Below, one piece after another: positions 19,799 through 29,501 of a DNA stretch of 64,000 nt. Location of the stretch: the NCBI GenBank assembly GCA_963555995.3, contig OY821641.1, positions 480,001 through 544,000 of the forward strand, given 5' to 3'. Origin of the DNA: Vicinamibacteria bacterium. Its GTDB lineage: Bacteria > Acidobacteriota > Vicinamibacteria > Marinacidobacterales > Marinacidobacteraceae. The position numbers and the translations under genes were made by a program. How positions within the stretch are numbered: position 1 is the first letter of the stretch; the number at the start of each line of letters is the position of its first letter. A model generated the notes under the pieces. The model ran no database searches, was not told where the DNA came from, and saw only the letters and a program-made list of their open reading frames with translations.

Positions 19799-21015
19799 AT
19801 CGAACCAGGGGGTACGTCCTGGCGGCGATCATCCTGCTCGGATCGTTCGGGATCGCCACCCTGCTGATCGCGCAGCGGCCCGAGCCCGAGCGGCGCGAGC
19901 CTCCCTCCCCGATTCCGTTCGTCGTCACCTCCCCGGCGGCGGCGGGTTCCGGGTCGATTCCGGTCCATGGCGCCGGCACGGTCCGGCCACGCGAGCAGGT
20001 GGACGTGGCCGCCGGGGTGAGCGGACGGGTCGTGTGGGTGGATCCGGCTTTCGAGAGCGGCGGGCGGGTCAGCGAGGGCCAGGTGCTTTTCCGCCTCGAC
20101 GACAGCGACTACCGCCACCGGACCGAGCAGGCGCGATCCGGCGTCGCCGGGCAGCAGTTGGAGTTGCTGCGGGTCGAGGAGGAGGCCCGGATCGCCCGCG
20201 AGCAGTACGAAGCGTTCCAGAGCCGCCGCGGCGCCGCCGCCGGAGGTGCGAACGCGAGTCCGCTCGCGCACTGGGAGCCGCAACTCGAGGCGGCGCGGGC
20301 CGGCGTGGAACGGGCCGACGCCCTCCTGGCGGAAGCCGAACTCCTGCTCGCGCGGACGGCGGTGCTGGCGCCCTTCGACGCGGTGGTGCGTTCCGAGACC
20401 GTCGGCGTGGGGCAATTCGTGACCGCCGGAGTGGGGGTGGCGCAGATCTACGCGTCCGATGCGGTCGAGATCGTCGTCCCGCTGTCGGACGCCGAAGCGG
20501 CGCTCGTCCCGGGCCTGTGGGACCTGAGGCCGGGAGTCGCGGACCGCCGGGCGGCGGCCCGGGTCACTGCGGAATACGGCGCCGGCGCCTACGCCTGGGA
20601 GGGATATGTGGACCGGGTCGAGGCCGCGCTGGACGAAACGACGCGGACCCTCGACGTGATCGTGCGGGTTCCGAACCCTTTCGAGGGCGGCTCCCGGGTG
20701 GAAACCGGCGAGGCGGACGCAGACCCCGGATCTTCCGCCGGGTCCCCGCCACCGCTCCTGATCGGCCAGTTCGCGAACGTCGAGATAGCGGGGATCGCGC
20801 CGCAGGAGTACTTCCGGATAAGGCGGCTGGGGCTCCGACCGGGAAACGAGGTCTGGGCGGTGGACGGCGAGGCGGTGACCATCGTTCCGGTGCGCGTGTT
20901 GCAGCGCTTCGACGACACCGTGTACGTCACGGGTGGGTTGCGGGAAGGCCAGGACGTGGTGCTGACCGGGATCCAGTTCGCGACCGAGGGAATGAGGGTG
21001 CGCACGGCGGAGTAG
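19795..21015 (+). CDS. RND efflux periplasmic adaptor (membrane fusion protein)
   Basis: ATGA overlap with the OMF stop; VSGRVVWV, RTAVLAPFDAVV, LDETTRTL and GLREGQDVV MFP motifs. Confidence 0.92.
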   Translation: MNRTRGYVLAAIILLGSFGIATLLIAQRPEPERREPPSPIPFVVTSPAAAGSGSIPVHGAGTVRPREQVDVAAGVSGRVVWVDPAFESGGRVSEGQVLFRLDDSDYRHRTEQARSGVAGQQLELLRVEEEARIAREQYEAFQSRRGAAAGGANASPLAHWEPQLEAARAGVERADALLAEAELLLARTAVLAPFDAVVRSETVGVGQFVTAGVGVAQIYASDAVEIVVPLSDAEAALVPGLWDLRPGVADRRAAARVTAEYGAGAYAWEGYVDRVEAALDETTRTLDVIVRVPNPFEGGSRVETGEADADPGSSAGSPPPLLIGQFANVEIAGIAPQEYFRIRRLGLRPGNEVWAVDGEAVTIVPVRVLQRFDDTVYVTGGLREGQDVVLTGIQFATEGMRVRTAE

Positions 21016-21044
21016 CGCTCCGACGCCGTTCGATCGCCTGCAAG

Positions 21045-21231
21045 TTAACAGCCCGTGGTGAAACCCACGCGAGCGCCGAGAGCGGTGAGGCGCCCGGCTG
21101 ACAAGGCGCGTGAGGGAGGAATACCGGGTGTATTCCGACCGAAACGCAACGATGAGCGCCTCGTAGAGGCGCGGTTCAGGCGGGATGCATCGCCGCTCGA
21201 ACGCCGCGTGGGTTTTGCCACAGGCTGTTGA
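21045..21231 (+). repeat. 187-bp structured dispersed element, copy 2
   Basis: ttaacagcccgtgg...ccacaggctgttga; collinear with copy 1. Confidence 0.9.
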
Positions 21232-21291
21232 ATCCGTCGGGGTGGGACGGGAGCATCCGCGAGCCTTCCGCGAGAATGCCGCTCGGTACGC

Positions 21292-22320
21292 ATGAGTGAA
21301 GGCGCGCTCCCCCCGTTCCCGGAGGGTTGGTATTTCGTCGCCACCCGAGCGTCCCTGGAGAAGGCGAAGCTCATCCAGAAGACGTGGATGGGACAGGACA
21401 TCGTTGCCTGGTGCGACGACGCCGGCAGGGTCTCCGTGGCCGAGTCGGTCTGTCCGCACCTCGGGTCCGAACTGGGACCCGTCGCCGGCGGCCGGGTGCG
21501 CGACGGCCGTCTCGTCTGTCCCTTCCACGGCTACGAGTTCGACGCCAGCGGCCAATGCGTCGCCACTCCCTTTGCCCCGCCGCCGAAGACCGCGAAGCTG
21601 AAGTCCTTCGAGACCCGGGAGGTTCTCGGCATCGTCTTCGCCTGGTGGGGCGCCGGTGGACGGCCCCCGCGGTGGCGCCTCCCGGAAGACCCGCCGGCCG
21701 GAGCCGACTGGTGCCGACCGGCGTTCCGGACTCTCCGGTTTCGGGGGCACCCTCAGGAAACGAGCGAGAACGCCGTGGACATGGCGCACCTGCGGTACGT
21801 GCACGGCTACGGCAACGTCGGCCGGGTCGGAAAGGTGACCGTGGACGGCGCGCAGCTCGTGAGTTCCTTTGACTTCAAGCGCACCCAGAGCGTCGTCGGG
21901 ATCGCGAATCTCACTTTCGACGTTTCCGCGACCGCCCACGTCGTCGGGCTCGGGTATTCCTTCGTGGAGTTCCGCGAACGCTCCATTGGCATGGACGGGC
22001 GTCTGTGGGTGCTTGCGACGCCCGTGGACGGCACCCTCATTGACCTGGTGCTGGTCAGCCAGTTTCGGCAACTGCGGAAGCCGAAACGGCCGATCGTCGG
22101 CTTGCGGTTCCTCCCGCTGACGCTTCGCACGCGGGTCATGAACGCGTTGATGCTGACTTTTCAGAAACACGACGTCCTGCAGGACGTGGAGATCTGGAGC
22201 CGGAAACGGTACCGGTCGCGGCCGAGCCTCTCCCGGTCCGACGGTGAGATCGGAATGTACCGGCGCTGGTGCAAGCAGTTCTACGCAGAACCGGGAACAC
22301 CCGAGCTCACGCCGTCCTGA
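21292..22320 (+). CDS. Rieske non-heme iron oxygenase, Neverland/DAF-36 (sterol C7-desaturase)/KshA-like
   Basis: PPFPEGWY start; Rieske CPHLG...CPFHG; Fe-binding ENAVDMAHLRYVH; C-terminal DVEIWSRKRY...DGEIGMYRRWCKQFY. Confidence 0.85.
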   Translation: MSEGALPPFPEGWYFVATRASLEKAKLIQKTWMGQDIVAWCDDAGRVSVAESVCPHLGSELGPVAGGRVRDGRLVCPFHGYEFDASGQCVATPFAPPPKTAKLKSFETREVLGIVFAWWGAGGRPPRWRLPEDPPAGADWCRPAFRTLRFRGHPQETSENAVDMAHLRYVHGYGNVGRVGKVTVDGAQLVSSFDFKRTQSVVGIANLTFDVSATAHVVGLGYSFVEFRERSIGMDGRLWVLATPVDGTLIDLVLVSQFRQLRKPKRPIVGLRFLPLTLRTRVMNALMLTFQKHDVLQDVEIWSRKRYRSRPSLSRSDGEIGMYRRWCKQFYAEPGTPELTPS

Positions 22321-23677
22321 AGCGCCAGCCGTACATCACCCGTCCGTAGAAGTTGAACCACTTCCTGGCCTCGGGGTCGTCGAACGGGTATTCCGCGCCG
22401 AGCTGCCTCGCCGTAACGAGGCCGGACACGAAACAGGTCTCCTGGCTGTTGATCAGGGTGTGCGCGCCGCAGTGCCAGGTCCGCCGCTTTCCCTGGACGA
22501 AGCGAAAGATCTGCGTCAGAAAGGCCACGTGACGCACGTCGTGGACGATGTGCTGAAACCACCACTTGCTGACGATCTTGTTGTCGGCGATCCGACTGAT
22601 CGGGTTGTAGGTCACGAGACACGGCTTGTCCGACTTCTTCGCCCACGGCTGCTGGTTGTGCATGATGTAGGTGATTTCGTAGTTGTCCGGCCGCGCGCCG
22701 TACTGCTGGATGTGGTTGCTCCGGGTGGCGAGGGGCCTGACTTCGCTGTCGGGGAGGACCGAGGCGTCCGAATGGACGACCGTGTGGTTGTGCAGTTCGC
22801 TCTCGTAGCGGACCTGTGAGAGGAGCCAACCCTCCAGCCGGGTCGGCCGGTCGAGGAGCATCAGCGTCTGGTTCGCGTTGCACGCGAAAACGACGTCATC
22901 GAACGTCTCCGCCGTTCCGTTCTCATCTTCCACGACGACGTCGTACCGGCGCCGGTGAACCTTTCGCACCGGCCGGTTCAGGTAGATCCTGTCGCGAAAC
23001 GACGCCGACAGCTCCCGATAGATCCGTCGGGTTCCCTGGTCCCACGTCTGCATCGGCGTCGCGGTCTCGATGTCGAAGAAGTCCAGGTAGCGGGAAAACA
23101 GCGACGCCGGCATGTCGAACACGTTCGTCGCCATCAGGAAGTTGACGAACATGGGTTTCAGGATCTTGTAGCGGAAGTCTCCCGAGTACCGGCCCAGGTT
23201 CAGCAGGGCGCCCATGCTGACGTAGTTGAACGGATTGAGGGCGCCGAGCAGTTTGGACCGGGACAGGTTGAGGCGGCCGAACCATTGAAGGCGCCGCAGC
23301 AGCCGCTGGAACCTCCGGATTTCCGGTTGCAACTGCCTCCGGATGTCGGAGTCGAAGTCGTGGGCATAGATTTCGCCCCGATACTTCACGCTGTAGTTGA
23401 ACCGGGTGGCGACCAGTTCGATCCCGTGCTGCTGCATGAACAGGACGAAGTGGTGGTATGCCGACGGAATGCACGCGGTCACTGAAATGTCGAACGGGAT
23501 CGCGCCGCCGCCGTCCTGGGGCATTTCGGCGGTGATCGCATTGCCGCCGAGCTGGGCCTGCGCTTCGAACAGTCGGAAATCGAAGCGGTCCGGATGCTGG
23601 TTGAGCGCCCACGCCACTCCGAGTCCCGAAACGCCCCCGCCGACGATGGCGATCCGCCGCGGCTTCGCTGCACCCAT
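22307..23677 (-). CDS. FAD-dependent oxidoreductase (COG2907/amine-oxidase-like)
   Basis: Start MGAAKPRRIAIVGGGVSGL (Rossmann GxGxxG); FEAQAQLGGNA, VVHSDASVLP and QGKRRTWHCGA motifs. The longer upstream frame runs through a REPIN and is unlikely to be coding. Confidence 0.88.
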   Translation of the reverse strand: MGAAKPRRIAIVGGGVSGLGVAWALNQHPDRFDFRLFEAQAQLGGNAITAEMPQDGGGAIPFDISVTACIPSAYHHFVLFMQQHGIELVATRFNYSVKYRGEIYAHDFDSDIRRQLQPEIRRFQRLLRRLQWFGRLNLSRSKLLGALNPFNYVSMGALLNLGRYSGDFRYKILKPMFVNFLMATNVFDMPASLFSRYLDFFDIETATPMQTWDQGTRRIYRELSASFRDRIYLNRPVRKVHRRRYDVVVEDENGTAETFDDVVFACNANQTLMLLDRPTRLEGWLLSQVRYESELHNHTVVHSDASVLPDSEVRPLATRSNHIQQYGARPDNYEITYIMHNQQPWAKKSDKPCLVTYNPISRIADNKIVSKWWFQHIVHDVRHVAFLTQIFRFVQGKRRTWHCGAHTLINSQETCFVSGLVTARQLGAEYPFDDPEARKWFNFYGRVMYGWRFRTA

Positions 23678-23782
23678 GTTTTCTACTCTACCGTCGCGGG
23701 CGGCCGCCTCGTCCCCACCGGAAGAAGACCCCCATGATCGGGTCCTCCCGCACACCCCGCCGGTCATGAGAATTGCGGAAAC

Positions 23783-23991
23783 GGCTTGGAGCGCCGGCTT
23801 CAGCCGGCACCCGCTGCGCGGAGCGCAGCGGAACGGCGTACGGCTCCTGCCCGCATGGCGCGTGGGCAGGCGAGGCGGCTCCAAAGAACTGGTGGCCGGC
23901 GTTCCCGGCCTTTGCGCCATCCGGGCGGATGAGGTCCTTCCCGCCGCCCGCCTGCGGCGGGCTGTGCCGGCTGAAGCCGGCGTTCCCAGCC
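23783..23991. repeat. REPIN-like element (variant A)
   Basis: ggcttggagcgccggcttcagccggcac...gtgccggctgaagccggcgttcccagcc; interior is the reverse complement of the 10097 copy. Confidence 0.9.
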
Positions 23992-24181
23992 GTTGGACCC
24001 TCACGGCTGTTGGCGGACCCGCACGGGACTGCATCTTCACAGCAACCGGGCCGGCGGCGCCATCACGGCTCCGAGGTGGACCCCCGAAGTAGCACTTTGG
24101 CGACGACTCGCCGCGCTCGGCGCTCGTGGAGGTTTCCCCGCCGGCTGGTAGAATTCCCGCCGGACAATCCGGAGGGGGCCG

Positions 24182-26245
24182 GTGGGCATGGCCTCAAGCC
24201 GCTCGATCCGGATGTCGAAGACCATGAGCGAGGCCACCCGGTTCCCGATCCGAATCGCCGAGGAGTTGATCCTCCTCATGCTGGACGAGAAGAGCGGCTA
24301 CCTGGAGATGGTTCCGAACTGGGACTTTTCCTGTGTCATGGCCGGGGCCGTGCTCGCCGATCTGGCCCTGGAGCGTCGCATCGAGACCGACCTGGAGCGG
24401 TTGTACCTGGTCGATCCCACACCGACCGGAGACGAGTTGCTCGACCCGACGCTCAAGGACATCGCCGAATCCGATGAAAAATCGGACGCTCAGTTCTGGA
24501 TCGAACGGAACACCCGCCACGCCGACGAAATCGTCGCGACCGCCCTCGACCGCCTGGTGGAGCGGAACATCCTCACCCACGAGCACGGCGGATTCTGGGG
24601 GCTCTCGCGCTCCGTCGCCCGTTCGGGGACTTTCCCGACCCAGGCTGTCGAGACCCGCAGGGAATCCAAGGCGAGGATCCTGAGCGTCATCCTGCACGAC
24701 GAGATCCCGGACCCGCGGGACGCCATCCTGGTCGCCCTGATGCACACCTGCGGCGGCTTCAAGCTGCGGCTGGAGCAAGAAGACTACGAAGAGCGGCTCG
24801 CCCGGATCGAGCTCGTGGCCAGGCTGGACCTCATCGGACGGACGGTCGCGGCCGCCGTGCAGGACAGCACGGCGAAGCCCAAGACCCGTCGCGTGGTTCA
24901 GACCAAGCCCATTCCCAAGCTTGGGTATCTCAACGTACTGCTACAGCGTGATTTCCTCTCGGGCAACATCCCGAAGGCGATGTACGGCATTTACCGAAGA
25001 CACGGGCCGGTCGTCAGAATGCCCTTCAAGATCCGCGGCGCGCCCGTGGTTTCGGTGATGGGTCCCGATGTCAATCACTGGGTCAACCGGCACGGGCGGT
25101 TCTATCTCCGCTCGAAGGACTACATCGAAGGGCTGGAGCACGCGTTTGGCGCGTCCCGGAGCATGCCCGGCATGGATGGCGCGGAACACTATCGAATGCG
25201 CAAGGAACTCCAGTCTGCGTATTCCCGCGCCACGCTGGCGCAGCGGTTGCCGGAACTGATCCACGACTGCCGGAAATCACTGAGTCGTTGGAAGGAAGGA
25301 GATGTCTTCCGCGCCACCGAGAGCTTTCAGAACCACATCAGCAGTCAGATCTCGCATTTCGCGATGGGAGTGGATTGCAGCAGCTATGTGGACGAACTGT
25401 TGACTTTCGAACACCGGGCTCTGGTAACGCAGGTCCAGGGCGCATTGCCGGGTTTCATGCTGTCCACCCCAAGAATGAAACGGTACGGGAAGCGAGTCAG
25501 GGAACTCCAGGAGGCGATCACCGCGGCGCATACCACAGCGCAACGTAAGGGAAAGCCCAGGGATCTGGCCGACGCGATTCTCGATCTCCACAAGAGGGAT
25601 CCGCAGTTCCTTCCCGAAACGGACCTCACGTTTCCCTTCGTGGCGTCCATGGTCGCCAGCATCTATATGGGCAGTGCGTTGGCCTTCGCCATTTACAACA
25701 TGGTTCGAAACCCGGACGTGTACGCGAGGGTCCGGAGCGAAGCCGAGTCGCTCTTCGGCAACGGCCGTGGACTGGGAGGAGATGACTTCAATCACGAGAG
25801 CGTTGATGTCACGGTGCGTCTCTGCATGGAATCCTCGCGCATATACCCGGTGATTCCCTGGCAGTTGAGAACGGTCATGAACGAGTGCATCGTCAGTGGT
25901 TACGAGATACCGCCGAAGACGATGTTGCTGATCTGCCAGACGGCGCCGCACTATGCCGGGGACCTGTACCGGGATCCGTTGAAGTTCGATATAGACCGGT
26001 ACCTGCCGGACCGGGCCGAACATCTGCAACCGGGCGCCTACGCGCCCTACGGCCTCGGTACGCACATGTGCCTCGGCCACCGGTGGGTGGAACTTCAGAT
26101 GGCCGTCAACGTCCTGCTCATCGCGCGCCACCTGGAGCTCGAAGTGGTGCCCGGCAACTACCGGATGGGAATCAATCCGTTCCCGACCCTGGCCCCCAAC
26201 AGGAAACTGAAGTTCCGCGTCGCCCAGATCCCGAATCCCTTGTGA
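24182..26245 (+). CDS. GPP34 (GOLPH3/Vps74-like) domain fused to cytochrome P450
   Basis: N-terminal IAEELILLMLDEKSG...AGAVLADLALERRI...PTGDELLD (GPP34-like); C-terminal P450 with ESSR (ExxR), FDIDRY and the heme motif YGLGTHMCLG. Confidence 0.88.
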   Translation: MGMASSRSIRMSKTMSEATRFPIRIAEELILLMLDEKSGYLEMVPNWDFSCVMAGAVLADLALERRIETDLERLYLVDPTPTGDELLDPTLKDIAESDEKSDAQFWIERNTRHADEIVATALDRLVERNILTHEHGGFWGLSRSVARSGTFPTQAVETRRESKARILSVILHDEIPDPRDAILVALMHTCGGFKLRLEQEDYEERLARIELVARLDLIGRTVAAAVQDSTAKPKTRRVVQTKPIPKLGYLNVLLQRDFLSGNIPKAMYGIYRRHGPVVRMPFKIRGAPVVSVMGPDVNHWVNRHGRFYLRSKDYIEGLEHAFGASRSMPGMDGAEHYRMRKELQSAYSRATLAQRLPELIHDCRKSLSRWKEGDVFRATESFQNHISSQISHFAMGVDCSSYVDELLTFEHRALVTQVQGALPGFMLSTPRMKRYGKRVRELQEAITAAHTTAQRKGKPRDLADAILDLHKRDPQFLPETDLTFPFVASMVASIYMGSALAFAIYNMVRNPDVYARVRSEAESLFGNGRGLGGDDFNHESVDVTVRLCMESSRIYPVIPWQLRTVMNECIVSGYEIPPKTMLLICQTAPHYAGDLYRDPLKFDIDRYLPDRAEHLQPGAYAPYGLGTHMCLGHRWVELQMAVNVLLIARHLELEVVPGNYRMGINPFPTLAPNRKLKFRVAQIPNPL

Positions 26246-26312
26246 GCGCGGGAGCGTGTAGCGGCGCGGCCGACCCCGGGGTGCTTCTCAGGACTCGCTC
26301 CCACACGTACCG

Positions 26313-29300
26313 ATGAGTTCCGATCCAGGCAGCCACGCCGAGCCCGGCGGACCGATCGCCTACATGGCGAGTAACGGCGTCGCTTCCAATCTCCTGATGT
26401 TCAGCATCCTCGCGGTGGGCCTCGTGTCGCTGACCGGCCTCGAGCAGGAAGGGTGGCCCACGGTTCCCTTCAACCAGTTCGAGGTCTCGGTGCCGTTCCC
26501 CGGCGCCACGCCCGAGGAGGTCGAGGAGGCCATCGTCGTCAAGATCGAGGACGAGGTCAGGGGGCTGGCGGACGTGAAGACGGTCCGGTCCATAGCGGCC
26601 CCGGGGATGGCGTCCGTCAGGGTCGAAGTCAACTCGGGTACGGACATGGGCGCCAAGAAGGATGAAATCGAGGCGGCGGTCGGGCGGATCCAGACGTTCC
26701 CGGGCGGGGCCGAACGGCCCCAGATCCGGGAAATGACGAACGCGCAGAGCATGATGCGCCTCGTCCTCTACGGCGACGTTCCCGAGCGCTCGCTGAAGGA
26801 GCTCGCCTACCGGATCGAGGACGATCTCGCCGCGCTTCCGAACGTGTCCCAGGTCGAGATCAGCGGCGTGCGCAACTACGAGATCTCGATCGAAGTGCCG
26901 CTCGAGCGCCTGCGGGCCCTCGGGCTCACGTTGGCCGACATCGCCAACACGGTTCGCCGCGGTTCCCTGGACCTGTCCGCGGGCAGCATTGATACCGACC
27001 GGTCCCAGGTGCGGATTCGGACCCTGGGTCAGAGCCACGACCAGCAGGACTTCGAGGACATCATCATCCTCGGCCGCGCCGACGGCACGGCGGTCCGCCT
27101 GGGCGACATTGCCGAGGTGCGCGACGGCTTTCAGGACTCCGGTCTGATCGTCCGGCACGAGGGCCACCCCGCCGTGTTCGTCGAGGTCTCGCGCGCCGAT
27201 GGCGAGAGGGTGATGGATGTGGCGCGCGCTGTTCGCGACTACGTCACGAGCGAACTGGCCCCCTCGCTCCCGGACGGCGTGGGCATCAGCATCTGGAACG
27301 ACGACTCCTCGGCCTTTGTGGAGCGCGGCGTCCTTCTCCTCAAGAATGGAGCTCTGGGGTTGTTGCTGGTCCTGCTCGCGCTGGGTCTGTTTCTCCAGCT
27401 CCGGCTGGCGTTCTGGGTCGCCGTCGGTCTTGGCGTTTCCGGGATCGGCGCGCTCGCCGCCATGCTGGTGTTCGACATCCCGCTCCATGCGGTGTCGCTC
27501 TTCTCCTTCGTGCTCGCCATCGGCATCGTCGTGGACGATGCGATCGTGGTGTCCGAGCACATCCACCTGGAACGAAAGCGCGGCACGCCGGGGGTCGTTG
27601 CGGCGATCCGGGGGGCGCGGCGCATCAGGGTGCCGCTGATCTTCGCGGTGCTGACGACGATGGTGGCGTTCCTTCCACTGCTCTTCATACCTGCGGGGTT
27701 CGGCGAGGTCTGGAAGGCGCTGCCGATCATCGTCATCGCCATGCTGCTGATTTCGCTGGTCGAATCGCTGCTGGTGCTGCCGAACCATCTGTCCCATCAT
27801 CTGCATGGCCCGGACTGGGCGCCCCGGACGGGCGTGGAACGATTCGTCGCGCGGATCCAGAATCGTGTCGATTCCCTGTTGAACCGCTTCATCCAGGGAC
27901 CCCTGGACCGCGGGATCCAGTTCGCGGCGGACTGGCCCGGAGTGACGGTTTCGGGGGCCGTCGCGCTGCTTGTCCTGAGCATTTCCCTCCTGCCGGCCGG
28001 CATCGTCCCCGCCACCTTCGCCACGGAAGTCGAAGGTGACTTCGCCATCGCCACCCTCGAAATGCCGGACGGAACGACCGCGCCGCAGACGTACGCCGTG
28101 GCGGAGCAACTCGAAGCGGCCGGCCGCCGGGCGGTGGAGCGGCTTTCCGAGGAACGACCGGCCGATGCGCCTCCGCTACTTTCCGGGGTTACCGTCGTCA
28201 TCGGCCAGCGGTCGCGCGTCGAGACTGGGGGTCTCAACCCCTCGCCCACCCTGAACCCGGAGGCCAACGTCGCGACCATCGAGTTCAAGCTCCTGAGCGC
28301 GCAGCAGCGGCGCATCACTTCGGGAGAGGTCGTGCAGGCATGGCGCGAGGAGGCGGGCGAACTGCCTCAGGCGCGCGCGGTCACCTACATCAGCCAGATC
28401 TACACGCTGGGCAACCCGGTCGAGGCGGCGCTGTCCCACCCGGATCCGGAGCGCCTCAACGAGATCGCGAACTCCACCGTCGCCGGGCTCGGCGGAGTCG
28501 GGGGCGTCTTCGACATCCGCTCGGACCACACGCCCGGGGTGCCGGAAATCCAGGTGGGAATGCTCCCCGAAGCGCGCACGCTCGGTCTCACGCTGGACGA
28601 TCTGGCCCGGCAGACGCGAGCCGCCTTCTTCGGCGCCGAGGCCGTCCGGGTACAGCGAGGACGCGACGAGGTTCGGGTTTACGTGCGGCTACCCGAGGAG
28701 CAGCGCGACTCGATTACCGATATCGAGGGCTACCGGCTCTCGACGCCCGCCGGCGCCGACGTGCCGGTCAGCCGTGTGGCCGCGCTGCGTTCCGGCACCT
28801 CCCCACCGGCCATCCGGCGCCAGGACGGCCAGCGCGTCGTCACGGTGAGCGCCGATGTGGATCCCGGGGTGGTTTCCGCCGGGACCGCCAACGACATTCT
28901 GGAGAACACCATCCTGGCGGGACTCGTCGCCCAGAACCCGGAACTCACGTACACGTTCGGAGGGGAGCAGCAGCAGCAGCTCGACTCCCTGGGCGGTCTC
29001 TATCGCGGATTCGCGATCGCGCTGCTCCTGATCTTCGCGCTGCTGGCCATTCCCCTGCGCTCCTACACCAAGCCGTTCATCGTCATGGCCATCATCCCGT
29101 TCGGGTTTGTCGGCGTGATCCTGGGTCACTGGATGCTGGGGGTCGCCGTCAGCGCGGAGTCCTTCGTCGGGATCTTCGGGCTCGCCGGGGTGGTCGTCAA
29201 CGATTCCCTGGTGATGATTGATTTCACCGACCGGAAGCTCCGCGATGGAGTCCCCGTGCGAACGGCGATCATCGAGGGCGCGAAGGGACGCTTCCGTCCG

Positions 29301-29501
29301 ATCATGCTGACTTCCCTGACGACCTTCCTGGGCTTCACCCCCCTGATTCTCGAGGACGCGATTCAGGCGCAGTTCTTCGTTCCCTTCTCCGCCTCGATCG
29401 GCTGCGGCATCCTTTTCACCACGGCGCTCATCATGTTCCTGGTGCCCGCGCTCTCCTCGATCCACCTGCGGCTGACTTCGGCGCAGGGCCGCGCGGGTTA
29501 G
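26313..29501 (+). CDS. RND efflux permease (AcrB/AcrD/AcrF family)
   Basis: 1062 aa; FPGATPEEVE, GIVVDDAIVVSE (TM4), GVVVNDSLV and RFRPIMLTSLTT motifs. Confidence 0.95.
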   Translation: MSSDPGSHAEPGGPIAYMASNGVASNLLMFSILAVGLVSLTGLEQEGWPTVPFNQFEVSVPFPGATPEEVEEAIVVKIEDEVRGLADVKTVRSIAAPGMASVRVEVNSGTDMGAKKDEIEAAVGRIQTFPGGAERPQIREMTNAQSMMRLVLYGDVPERSLKELAYRIEDDLAALPNVSQVEISGVRNYEISIEVPLERLRALGLTLADIANTVRRGSLDLSAGSIDTDRSQVRIRTLGQSHDQQDFEDIIILGRADGTAVRLGDIAEVRDGFQDSGLIVRHEGHPAVFVEVSRADGERVMDVARAVRDYVTSELAPSLPDGVGISIWNDDSSAFVERGVLLLKNGALGLLLVLLALGLFLQLRLAFWVAVGLGVSGIGALAAMLVFDIPLHAVSLFSFVLAIGIVVDDAIVVSEHIHLERKRGTPGVVAAIRGARRIRVPLIFAVLTTMVAFLPLLFIPAGFGEVWKALPIIVIAMLLISLVESLLVLPNHLSHHLHGPDWAPRTGVERFVARIQNRVDSLLNRFIQGPLDRGIQFAADWPGVTVSGAVALLVLSISLLPAGIVPATFATEVEGDFAIATLEMPDGTTAPQTYAVAEQLEAAGRRAVERLSEERPADAPPLLSGVTVVIGQRSRVETGGLNPSPTLNPEANVATIEFKLLSAQQRRITSGEVVQAWREEAGELPQARAVTYISQIYTLGNPVEAALSHPDPERLNEIANSTVAGLGGVGGVFDIRSDHTPGVPEIQVGMLPEARTLGLTLDDLARQTRAAFFGAEAVRVQRGRDEVRVYVRLPEEQRDSITDIEGYRLSTPAGADVPVSRVAALRSGTSPPAIRRQDGQRVVTVSADVDPGVVSAGTANDILENTILAGLVAQNPELTYTFGGEQQQQLDSLGGLYRGFAIALLLIFALLAIPLRSYTKPFIVMAIIPFGFVGVILGHWMLGVAVSAESFVGIFGLAGVVVNDSLVMIDFTDRKLRDGVPVRTAIIEGAKGRFRPIMLTSLTTFLGFTPLILEDAIQAQFFVPFSASIGCGILFTTALIMFLVPALSSIHLRLTSAQGRAG

